64,000 nucleotides of DNA from an uncultured Chloroflexia bacterium (GTDB lineage Bacteria > Chloroflexota > Limnocylindria > Limnocylindrales > CSP1-4): NCBI GenBank assembly GCA_963712745.1, contig CAVQJC010000001.1, positions 46,271 to 110,270 of the forward strand. Reading direction: 5' to 3'. Shown here one piece after another: positions 51,440 through 60,039 of this stretch. The first letter of the stretch is position 1; each line of letters begins with the position of its first letter. Both the position numbers and the translations under genes were made by a program. The notes under the pieces are model-generated. The model worked only from the letters and a program-made list of their open reading frames with translations. It did no database searches and had not been told where the DNA came from.

Positions 51440-51467
51440 CGGATCGAACAGGAGGAAGGATCCAGAG

Positions 51468-52152
51468 ATGAACAAGCGAGCACTATCACTGGCGATCAGC
51501 AGCGTACTGGCTGCCTCGCTGGCCGTGCCGGCGGCGGCCGCGGACGTCGACCTCGACGCGCCGACGGTGGGTCCCAACGGCGAGGCCAGCACGGCCGTCG
51601 CCGATATCCCGCCTCTTAGCGACGAGGAGGTCGCGCAGATCCAGGACGCGGGCTACAAGGCCGCCCTGATGTGGGCCGGCGCGGGCACCTGGTACAACGC
51701 CCTCACCAAGGGCGCCAAGGAGCGCTTCGAGGAGCTCGGCATCGAGGTCGTAGCCGAGGCCGAGGCCGACTTCGACATGGCCCGGCAGCAGACCGACCTC
51801 GAGACCACCATGGCGCTGCAGCCGGACATCATCCTGAGCCTGCCGGTCGACCCGGTCGCAGGCACTGCAGCTTTCCGGCCGGCTGCCGACGCAGGTGCCG
51901 TGATCGTCTTCGTCGACAACGGCGTGGATGACTTCGTGCCGGGAGAGGACTACGCCTCCATCGTCACGGGCGACCACTTCGAGATGGGCAAGACGGCCGC
52001 GCAGTTGATGTCCGACGCCATCGGCGGCGCAGGCAAGATCGGCTTCATCTTCCACGACGCGGTCTACTACGTGACCAACAACCGCGACGCCTACGCCAAG
52101 GCGGCGTTCGAGCAGCTCTACCCGGACATCGAGATCGTGGCCGAGCAGGGCA
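51468..52152 (+). pseudogene. Sugar ABC transporter substrate-binding protein, 3'-truncated
   Basis: GGAGGAAGGA RBS. Signal peptide MNKRALSLAISSVLAASLAVPAAAA. The periplasmic-binding-protein fold is recognisable up to YPDIEIVAEQG (~52150). The frame then runs as junk antisense to gluQ. Confidence 0.7.
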
Positions 52153-52205
52153 GGGCGAGATGTTCCTGCGTTCGCGAGCGGGGTGGTGGCCGACGAGTCG
52201 AACGC

Positions 52206-53117
52206 TCAGGCCAGGTGCGGCGCGGTGACCGGATCAAGGGGGATGCCGGCGGGGTCGAAGCGGCCGATGAGCCGGTCCATGGTGACGACCTCGCCTGGTG
52301 CCGCCAGGTCCAACGAGCGGGCGATCCAGCCGACCACATCGGCGATGGGCACGCCGGCCGCCCGAAGCTGGGACAGCGTGACCGCGCCATCGCGCTTGGA
52401 GAGGCGCTCGCCGGCATCGTTGAGCACGAGCGGGACGTGCAGGTAGTCGGGCGTCGGATACCCCAGCAGCCGCTGCAGGAGGACCTGGCGTGGTGTCGAG
52501 CTGAGCAGGTCATCGCCGCGCACGACCTCCGACACTGACTGGGCGGCATCGTCGACCACGACCGCCACGTTGTAGGCGGGCGTGCCGTCGTTGCGGCGGA
52601 GCACGAAGTCATCGACACCGCCTGACACCCGCCCAGCCACGGCGTCGACGAACTCGACCCGTTGACCATCGGCACGCAGACGGAGAGCCGGAGTTCGGCC
52701 GGCCGCTCGCAGCTCCTGTCGCCGTCGTGGATCGAGATCCCGGCAAGTGCCGGGATAGGCGTCGGGCGGCAGGTGGGGTGCACTGGGAGCGCCTTCGATC
52801 TCGTCACGGATCTGGCGCCTGGTGCAATAGCACTCGTACACCAAGCCGTCGGCCCGGAGCTGGTCGATGGCCGCCTCGTAGAGGGGGAAGCGGACGGACT
52901 GGCGGATGGGCTCGCCGTCCCAGTCAAGGCCGACCGCAGCCAGATCGGCGAGCTGGGTCTGCTCGTGCTCCACGCCGGACCGCTGGCGGTCGAGGTCCTC
53001 CACACGCACGAGGAAGGGCCTGCCGGCCGAGCGCGCTGACAGCCAGGCCACCGTCGCGGTGCGGAGATTGCCCAGGTGGAGCTCCCCTGAAGGCGATGGC
53101 GCGAACCGACCTGTCAT
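52206..53117 (-). CDS. gluQ: Glutamyl-Q tRNA(Asp) synthetase
   Basis: RFAPSPSGELHLGNLRTA (HIGH-like), FLVRVEDLD, YECYCTRRQI, RRNDGTPAYNVAVVVDD, LSKRDG (KMSKS-like). About 300 aa with no anticodon-binding domain. Confidence 0.9.
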   Translation of the reverse strand: MTGRFAPSPSGELHLGNLRTATVAWLSARSAGRPFLVRVEDLDRQRSGVEHEQTQLADLAAVGLDWDGEPIRQSVRFPLYEAAIDQLRADGLVYECYCTRRQIRDEIEGAPSAPHLPPDAYPGTCRDLDPRRRQELRAAGRTPALRLRADGQRVEFVDAVAGRVSGGVDDFVLRRNDGTPAYNVAVVVDDAAQSVSEVVRGDDLLSSTPRQVLLQRLLGYPTPDYLHVPLVLNDAGERLSKRDGAVTLSQLRAAGVPIADVVGWIARSLDLAAPGEVVTMDRLIGRFDPAGIPLDPVTAPHLA

Positions 53118-53254
53118 GTGCCTATTCTGTGCGGCGCGCGAACTCGTGGCCTATGCGCGTGCCCGGACTGGCGAATCTCACCCGATCCGGCGGAAAGCGT
53201 GAGCGGACAGCGGGGCGCAGAATGGGGGCCAATCCCCACCTAGAAAGGAAGACC

Positions 53255-53713
53255 ATGACCGAAAGATCGATCGACGAGCTGGGGCCCGTCGATTACCTGA
53301 TCGTCGAGTTCCCGGCCGGGCAGCAGAACTTCACCGGCGAGGGCGCCGACGAGCTGCTCAAGCTCCATGACGCCGGCATCATCCGCCTCATGGACCTGGT
53401 CATCATGATCAAGGCCGAGGACGGGTCAGTGGACGCCATGGAGCTGTCCGATGTGCCGGACCTGGGCGACTTCACCCGCATCGAGGCGGAGCTGGCTGAG
53501 ACCCTGGCAGCCGACGACGTCATCGAACTCGCGAGCGTCATGGAACCCGGCAGCGTCGCCGCTGCCATCGTCTATGAGAACCTCTGGGCCGCGCCCTTCG
53601 CCTCCGCCCTGCGTCGCGCCGGTGCCCGGTTGGTCGCCGACGGACGCATCCCCACCCAGGACCTCATCGCCGCGGTCGAAGCCGACGCGGCACTCGAAGC
53701 AGAAGGAGCCTGA
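53255..53713 (+). CDS. DUF6325-like protein (family name from memory)
   Basis: GPVDYLIVEFP...LLKLHDAGIIRLMDLVIMIKAEDGSV...AAAIVYENLWAAPFASALRRAGARLVADGRIP. GAAAGGAAG RBS. Confidence 0.65.
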   Translation: MTERSIDELGPVDYLIVEFPAGQQNFTGEGADELLKLHDAGIIRLMDLVIMIKAEDGSVDAMELSDVPDLGDFTRIEAELAETLAADDVIELASVMEPGSVAAAIVYENLWAAPFASALRRAGARLVADGRIPTQDLIAAVEADAALEAEGA

Positions 53714-53714
53714 A

Positions 53715-53894
53715 ATGCCGCTCAGACCGTCCCGCGTCGCCAAGGCCGCGGTCGTCACCTCGGTCGCCAAGCCCGGTCCCTCGCCGGTAGCCAAGGCCGC
53801 CGTGGTCGGCGCTGCCGTCAAGCCCGGTCCCTCTCCGGTAGCCAAGGCCGCCGTGGTCGGCGCCGTGGTCACTCCGGGCCGGCGCCGCTTCTAG
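53715..53894 (+). CDS. Small repeat protein (59 aa, KPGPSPVAKAAVVGA x2)
   Basis: GAAGGAG lies 6 nt upstream of the ATG, which is 2 nt after the upstream stop. An internal direct repeat is visible at the DNA level. Confidence 0.5.
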   Translation: MPLRPSRVAKAAVVTSVAKPGPSPVAKAAVVGAAVKPGPSPVAKAAVVGAVVTPGRRRF

Positions 53895-54156
53895 CCACTC
53901 CATCCGCGAGTCATCGCGACCTCGACGACCCCCTCCCGCCGGTCGGGCTGGGGGTCGTTCCATGTACTCGACATGCCCGACGGTGGTGCCCACATCATCC
54001 GAACAGGGTGAAAGCCGAGGTACGGACATCCCCCGAAGTGAGGGAACATGGCTGCGGTCTCACCGCATGGGTGCTCGCTGAGAACGTGCGTACCCAAGGA
54101 GCCGGACCGGCAAAGGGCGTTGGGCCTCAAGCTCGGCGACCAGATAGGGAGGCACG

Positions 54157-54422
54157 ATGCCAGGACGAAGAGGACCGGGACGCGGACGAGGACCTGCCCA
54201 GTCGCACGGGGGATGCGACGTCGTCGCCGTCGTCGACGGGTGCTGGTCGGCGGCATGCTCGCTTTCGGCGCCTACAAGATGGCCAAGTCCCAGTCCGAGC
54301 AGATCCAGCAGCGCAACGGTGTGGATCCTGAGGAGATGACCGACCAGGAACTGGGGCAGGCGATGGACGAACTCGGCATCGAGAAGCAGCAAGTCACCGA
54401 CGCGGACCAGGACGCCGGCTAG
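54157..54422 (+). CDS. Small basic/acidic protein with one TM segment; probable frame break at the G5 run 54207-54211
   Basis: A strong GGGAGG RBS precedes the ATG at 54157 (MPGRRGPGRGRG...). The protein-like remainder RRRRRRRRVLVGGMLAFGAYKMAKSQSEQIQQRNGVDPEEMTDQELGQAMDELGIEKQ is in the adjacent frame. An alternative start is the internal ATG at 54213. Confidence 0.4.
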
Positions 54423-54509
54423 GGCTAGACACACCTGCTCCCGACCGAAACTCGGGGTATCCGCGCCGACCTGTTGTCGGTACCATGCCTGCACAGAGGG
54501 AGGTGGTTC

Positions 54510-54839
54510 GTGATCCTACTCGGGTGTCTCGTCGCATTCGGAGCCGCGGTCGCGCCGCGAGTCATTCTCATCCTGGCCTGGATCTTCAGCGAGCGCTGGG
54601 CCCTGGTGTGGGAAGGCCAGGTGTTGGCGCCCCTGCTTGGGATCATCCTTCTTCCCTACACGACGATCATGTTCATGCTCGCCGTGACCGTCACACCGAC
54701 CGGCATCACCATCGAAGGCTTCGCCTGGTTGTGGCTCGCCCTGGGCCTGTTCCTCGATCTGTGGAAGTGGAGCGCCATCGTCGCCAATCGCCAGGTCGGA
54801 TACCAGTACGGGAGCTCTATCTACAAGAGCCAGCAGTAG
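54510..54839 (+). CDS. Hypothetical integral membrane protein (3-4 TM segments)
   Basis: GGGAGGTG RBS before the GTG at 54510. Hydrophobic segments ILLGCLVAFGAAVAP, LAPLLGIILLPYTTIMFML and FAWLWLALGLFLDLW. Confidence 0.6.
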   Translation: MILLGCLVAFGAAVAPRVILILAWIFSERWALVWEGQVLAPLLGIILLPYTTIMFMLAVTVTPTGITIEGFAWLWLALGLFLDLWKWSAIVANRQVGYQYGSSIYKSQQ

Positions 54840-55490
54840 CCCAGGGCCGCATCGGCGTTGGCGGATGGTGGCCGAGCTCGAGCCTGCGTCACGCCTCGGT
54901 GTGTCGCGCCCGCTGCGGACTCGGCCTGGACATGCGCCGTCGGGACAGCCGCGCCGTCGCGCTCGCCTGGTTGGTGCAGGGGCGTGGCGTGGTGAGCGCG
55001 CGGGATGTGGCGTACCGTCTGGCCCATCCGCGCATACGCAGCGCCCGCTGGTGAACGGGAGGAGTTGGCTCCGGCAGTAGGATCCGAACCTGCGACCGAT
55101 CGGTTGAAGCCGCCCGCTTCGACGGTCTTGCGAGCGACCGGTCCGGCTACCTTGGACCCCGATACTTGCGGGGTCGTTCATCGGCGTGCGCGACGACTCA
55201 TTACTGCTCCTCGGGTACCCCCGGCCGCGCCTCGAACATTGGCGACCGCAAGCACAGGGGAGGCTGGCGCCCTGGGCGCGTCGATGGTGACGGGTGGCAA
55301 CACCTAGCGGGCGTCACTGGCCCCCTCGGCCACTCTCCTCGATACACTCGGACTCCCTGTTTGTGTACCCGCCTGCACCGGACTGGACCGATCGCACCTT
55401 GGCGTCCCCAGGCAGGTGGTCGGCCAGCCTGCCGCCGATGTTCGGGTGGCGCCAATCGAGGGTGCCGCAGAGTCGAGGAGGATGGGCGTT

Positions 55491-56156
55491 GTGGGGGACC
55501 AAGCACGACCTGACGAGCTTCGCGGGAGTCGACCTGGTGACCACTTGGTGCCCGATCCAACTCGCCACCAGCGCGGCCAGGCATTGGCCGAGTTCACCCT
55601 GGTGGTCCCGATCCTGCTGCTGCTTCTGCTGACCGCCGGAGACTTCGGGCGCTTCTTCGCTGCGGGCATCACCGTCGAGTCGATCACTCGCACCGCGGCC
55701 GAGTACGCGGCTCGCGAGTACCTCCGGGAGGAAGCAGCGGCCGGAGGCGCGCCGCTGAGCGCTGCCGCCTATGCCAGAGTGCATGCCTACGCGTGGGAAA
55801 CCGTGTGCGAAGAGGCGGCAGGACTGCCGGGCGTCGCGACTGGTAGCCACGGCGACGAGTGCTCGGGCATACCCACCGTGGTCTGCGTCCACGACCTCTC
55901 AGATCCCGACTGCGCCAATGGCTACAACGATGCCGGCGGTATCCCGCCAGATTGCGCGAGCCTGCTTCCGACGAACCGCCCCACGAGCACCATCGGCGGC
56001 AGCGAAGCAAGTCGCTACGTGGAGGTCCGGGTCTGCTACCCGTTCTCGACCCTCCTCCCGGTGGACGGCATCACCTCGGTTGGCGGCCCCCTGGCTCCGC
56101 TCTCCGGATCTTTCTACATCGAGCGAGAGCGGGCATTCGTCGTGGTGGACTACTGA
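55491..56156 (+). CDS. TadE-like (Flp pilus-assembly TadE/G-like) protein, start uncertain
   Basis: RGQALAEFTLVVPILLLLLLTAGDFGRFF is the TadE-like N-terminal motif. GAGGAGG lies 9 nt upstream of the GTG at 55491. An alternative start is near 55545. Confidence 0.7.
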   Translation: MGDQARPDELRGSRPGDHLVPDPTRHQRGQALAEFTLVVPILLLLLLTAGDFGRFFAAGITVESITRTAAEYAAREYLREEAAAGGAPLSAAAYARVHAYAWETVCEEAAGLPGVATGSHGDECSGIPTVVCVHDLSDPDCANGYNDAGGIPPDCASLLPTNRPTSTIGGSEASRYVEVRVCYPFSTLLPVDGITSVGGPLAPLSGSFYIERERAFVVVDY

Positions 56157-56860
56157 TGCGCAACTCACAGACTGTTGCTCGCGCTCGGTCCCGACGCGGA
56201 CAGGTGCTCGTTGAATTCGCGCTGGTCATCCCTATGGCGGCCTTGGTAATCTTCGGGATCATCAGCCTCGGACTGTGGGTCTTCTACCAGCAGCAGGCGA
56301 CCAACGTCGCGCGCGAGGCCGCCCGCTATGCGGCAATCCACAGCTCAGAGGCGGTGTGCCCGACGTCCTCGTGGCGAGACCCTCAGGCGCCGCCGCAGTC
56401 GTATCGACCGTTCCCCCTGCATTGCGACGGCCCGGCCAATCCAGCCGACCCATATCCCTGGCCGCGCATGACTGACCACGCCAGGGGCTTCGTCTGGGGC
56501 ACGGATCCCGAAGAGGTGTTCGTCAACGCTTGCTGGTCTGGCTACCGCCGCCCCGGCTCGGACCCGTCGGCAAACGCGGACTGGCCAGCGGCCGAGTCTG
56601 ATGGGGCCGGCGGCGTGCAGTTGAACACGTACGAGCCGTGCACGATCGCCGGCCTCGACCCCGCCACGCAGGGCGGGGCACTCGGGTGCGACTACGGTTT
56701 GACATCTCCGAGCGACGACAGCGGTAGCGACATCCCGGGCAACCAAGTGACGGCCTATGCGTGCTTCGCGTGGTCCCCACCGATGGCCGGGTTCCTCTTG
56801 ATCCCCGAGAGTGTCGTCATGAAAGCGGTAGTGACGGAGGTCATACACGATCAGCAATGA
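56156..56860 (+). CDS. TadE-like protein (second copy)
   Basis: RRGQVLVEFALVIPMAALVIFGIISLGLWVF. The ATG overlaps the upstream stop by 1 nt (TGATG). Confidence 0.75.
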   Translation: MRNSQTVARARSRRGQVLVEFALVIPMAALVIFGIISLGLWVFYQQQATNVAREAARYAAIHSSEAVCPTSSWRDPQAPPQSYRPFPLHCDGPANPADPYPWPRMTDHARGFVWGTDPEEVFVNACWSGYRRPGSDPSANADWPAAESDGAGGVQLNTYEPCTIAGLDPATQGGALGCDYGLTSPSDDSGSDIPGNQVTAYACFAWSPPMAGFLLIPESVVMKAVVTEVIHDQQ

Positions 56861-58422
56861 ACGCACGACGCCGGCCCCATTCCGATCCACAGCGCGCTCG
56901 TGGGCAGACATTGCCGATCTTTGCGCTGGGGCTGGTCGCTCTCCTCGCCATCACGGCCCTCGTCGTCGACGTCGGCTTCGTCTTCATGATCCGGCGCCAC
57001 GAGCAGAACGCGACCGATCCCGGGGCACTGGCTGCGGCCCGCTACATCCCGACTGGCAATCGCTCGCAGATGTGGGCCGGGGCGTGCTCCTATGCCCTTC
57101 GGAACGGGTTCCATCCCGCGCGAACCGACAACGGTGCGCCCTGTGACCCGACCGGTGTGGTCGATGACTCCACACTGACTGTCAATTGGCCGCCCGGGCA
57201 GTCCGCGGGTGAGTACGCCGGGAGCCCTGGTTACGTCGAGGTCATCGTCACCCGTCCGCACCGAAGCTTCTTCGCTGGGATCATGGGGATGCCAACCTTC
57301 ACGGTTTCAACAGGCGCTGTGGCCGCGTTCGACGAAGGGACCGGTGGCTCCAGCTCGCTCGTGTCGCTCTCACCGAAGGGTTGTCCCGGCGAAGCCGCCG
57401 CGAAAATCAACGGGGGTGGCGGCGATGGCGGGATCTACATCTTCCCAGCGGCCGGTGTCACGGACCCGGGCGGCTACATCCAGGTCAACTCGCCGTGTGG
57501 CGCTCCGGCCAATTCCGGAGACGACGCGTGCATCGGGAGCCAAGCTGGCTTCATCCTCAACGGCGGAGCGGAGGTTCATGCACCCGCGTTGTTCGTCCAG
57601 GGATCGTGCGGCCAGTCGGGCGCGGCGGGCACGGTCGACATCGATACGATCGACGAGGGGGCCTCGTACGTGGGCGACCCACTGTCGCTAGTCAGGCCAC
57701 CTGACCCAGGTGACCTCGTGACCAGGGAGTGCCCGGGGGCGCCAGCCGGTCAGTCAGGGACCGCGGGCAACCCTCAAGCCTGCAGGCTCAAAGCAGACGC
57801 GACGTTGTCGCCCGGAACGTACTACGGTGGGTGGGACATCACGAAGCCCGACACGACAATCACGCTCGAGCCCGGAATCTACGTCATGGCCGGCGGGGGA
57901 ATCAAGCAGAACGGCGGTTCGCTTACGTCGGCCAGCGGTCGCGTCCTCATCTACAGCACGGACGCGCCGCTGTTCCGAACCAGCTGCCTGGCTGGCGGGG
58001 GAAGCCCCGCCCAGTGCCAGGATGACATCATCCTCAACGGGAGCGGTGCACTGAGCCTGCGCGGGCTGGACCGCGATTCCCCGTGTCCGCCGTACAGCGG
58101 ACCCGCCGGTTGCCCGTACGGGGGGATGCTCGTCTGGCAGGATGGGTCGGGCAGCGGCGCCCACACCGGGAGGGCGGACATCGACATCGGTGGTGGTGCG
58201 AGCCTCGACATCGAGGGCACGATCTACTCGGCCGGGGGTCACGTGGACATGCTCGGCAATGGCGTCGGAACGGGTTGCACGCCCGACACCGACGGGAACA
58301 CGAACTGCGCGGCAGTCCAAATCATCGCCGACACATTCCAGGTGGGTGGGGCTGCAGTCCTCGAGATGCCATACGATCCGGATGACTTCTATCACCTGAC
58401 GCTGAAAGGCTTGGTGCGCTAG
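56857..58422 (+). CDS. TadG-like putative pilus-assembly / pseudopilin-like protein
   Basis: ARGQTLPIFALGLVALLAITALVVDVGFVF (TadG-like N-terminus). A large Gly/Cys-rich extracellular region follows. ATGA overlap with the upstream stop. Confidence 0.75.
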   Translation: MNARRRPHSDPQRARGQTLPIFALGLVALLAITALVVDVGFVFMIRRHEQNATDPGALAAARYIPTGNRSQMWAGACSYALRNGFHPARTDNGAPCDPTGVVDDSTLTVNWPPGQSAGEYAGSPGYVEVIVTRPHRSFFAGIMGMPTFTVSTGAVAAFDEGTGGSSSLVSLSPKGCPGEAAAKINGGGGDGGIYIFPAAGVTDPGGYIQVNSPCGAPANSGDDACIGSQAGFILNGGAEVHAPALFVQGSCGQSGAAGTVDIDTIDEGASYVGDPLSLVRPPDPGDLVTRECPGAPAGQSGTAGNPQACRLKADATLSPGTYYGGWDITKPDTTITLEPGIYVMAGGGIKQNGGSLTSASGRVLIYSTDAPLFRTSCLAGGGSPAQCQDDIILNGSGALSLRGLDRDSPCPPYSGPAGCPYGGMLVWQDGSGSGAHTGRADIDIGGGASLDIEGTIYSAGGHVDMLGNGVGTGCTPDTDGNTNCAAVQIIADTFQVGGAAVLEMPYDPDDFYHLTLKGLVR

Positions 58423-58804
58423 GCACGGAGCCTGACGAACAAGCTCACACATCGGGCTCCCATGCTATGGCTCCGGGGCGGCGCCGGCAGGTCTTAGGCG
58501 CTGAAGAACAAGTCTTCCCGGCCTCGGAGGAGCCCACGAGGCGCTATTGCGGCATGCGCCCCGCAACCAGAGACGAGGCCCGCTCCGCCTAATCACCGCG
58601 GCGCAACCGCGCGATGCGGCCGGCCTCCTCGATCAGGCGCTGTCAGCCGAGATCTCGTCAGTCCCGGGTCCCGAAAACGGGGTCGTTGGGAGTGACACCA
58701 AGTCGCCCAAACAAGGAACCACGCGGGGAAAGTGGCTCCGGCGAGAGTGTCTGAGTTCGCGACATAGGTGACGACTGATGGGCGACTGGTGAGTCGGGAC
58801 ATGC

Positions 58805-59086
58805 GTGGCAGTCGGGCGCGTGTCGACGCACCGGGTGGCCGTCCTCAGGATCGTCACAACGCAGTCGTCCGTCACCGCCGCCGCAGCCGAGTACGGGCTC
58901 AGTCGGGGACACCTGCACCGTCTCTTGCGTCGGTACCGGGGCGGCGGGCTCGACGCCCTCGAGCCCCGGTCACCATTCGCCTGGCACCTCGAGCGAGAAG
59001 GACTCTCGGTCCCAACGACCTCGACCATCCGGCGCATCCTCCTCGCGGCGGCCCTGGTCGTGCCGGCGCCGCTCGGTCTCGGCTGA
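58805..59086 (+). pseudogene. IS481/IS3-type (rve-class) transposase N-terminal HTH remnant
   Basis: RVAVLRIVTTQSSVTAAAAEYGLSRGHLHRLLRRYRGGGLDALEPRS then a jump to LEREGLSVPTTSTIRRILLAAALVVP. There is no integrase core downstream. Confidence 0.5.
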
Positions 59087-59233
59087 TCGCCATGATCATG
59101 CCATGGTGTGTACGCCGTCGCTGATTCGTGCCATCCCACCCGAGACCGCACCTTTGGGCTGCGCGGGAGTCTGTCGGGTCCGGGGCCCTTCCGTCGGAGC
59201 GTAGAATCGAGGCGCAACTGAAGGTACGCCACC

Positions 59234-59977
59234 ATGGAAGATCGCCGCCGCCGCCTTGACCCAAACCAACGGGGGGCTCGGTCGTCCATGCGGGACCGCT
59301 CGCGATCGCGGACCATGGATGCATCGCCTGGGATGAGCGACCTTCCACCCCGCCCCTGGCAACGACCCCCGCAGCTTCAGCACGGGCACCACGACAATGC
59401 CTTCGGGGATGCCGAGTCCACGGGAGCCCTGCTCGCCCGCTTGGCGGCTGCCCGTGACTGGGCGGACCGACCGGCCACCCCCACGCGGCGCCCGTGGTCA
59501 GGCACACCTGTCGGCATCGCGTTCGACTGGGCCCACGATGCCGCGGTGGCGTACCTGGACCTGCTGGACCATGTGGTGGCGGACCGCGTCATCACCGCTG
59601 CCGAGGTGTGCAGGCTCAGGCAGTGCGCGACTGACTGGGGCCTCAGCGCCCTGGAGGCCGCCTGCCTGCATCGCGGCTATGTCGCGAGGGCGTGGGCACG
59701 CGCCTGTGCCGACGCGACCGTCACACCCGCCGAGCTTCGAGACATCGAGATGCTGGCGGAACTGCTGGGCGTCCCGATCGAGGTCCGGCGACAGGTCGCC
59801 CGAGGTGGCACAGGTGCGCGCTGGGTCGCCGTGCCGATCGAGGTAGAGACGGTCGCGTCCGGCCCGGCACCATGGTCTGCCCCGGCACCATCCCGCGACG
59901 AAGTCAGTCACGGCGTGACCGCCGGCCAAGGCGACGATGTGGCTGCCCGACCGATTCGCGTGCACGAAGGGCGGTGA
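59234..59977 (+). CDS. Hypothetical protein, possibly a fragment (TerB-like helical repeats)
   Basis: The middle part DRVITAAEVCRLRQCATDWGLS...TVTPAELRDIEMLAELLGVP is coding-like. Both termini are low-complexity. Confidence 0.35.
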   Translation: MEDRRRRLDPNQRGARSSMRDRSRSRTMDASPGMSDLPPRPWQRPPQLQHGHHDNAFGDAESTGALLARLAAARDWADRPATPTRRPWSGTPVGIAFDWAHDAAVAYLDLLDHVVADRVITAAEVCRLRQCATDWGLSALEAACLHRGYVARAWARACADATVTPAELRDIEMLAELLGVPIEVRRQVARGGTGARWVAVPIEVETVASGPAPWSAPAPSRDEVSHGVTAGQGDDVAARPIRVHEGR

Positions 59978-60039
59978 CGCCACCGGCCCGATCTGCCCGA
60001 GCCAGTCGACGCGATGCCGCACTGCCATGAGCACCTGCC

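Noticed and set aside
55065-55160. tRNA (Ser/Sec-like, with a long variable arm) on the minus strand
   Set aside because: No 5' acceptor strand complementary to TGCCGGA could be found. The T-stem has a C-A mismatch and the T-loop has G at the invariant A58 position. No anticodon arm with a 7-nt loop folds. At best it is a degenerate 3' fragment.
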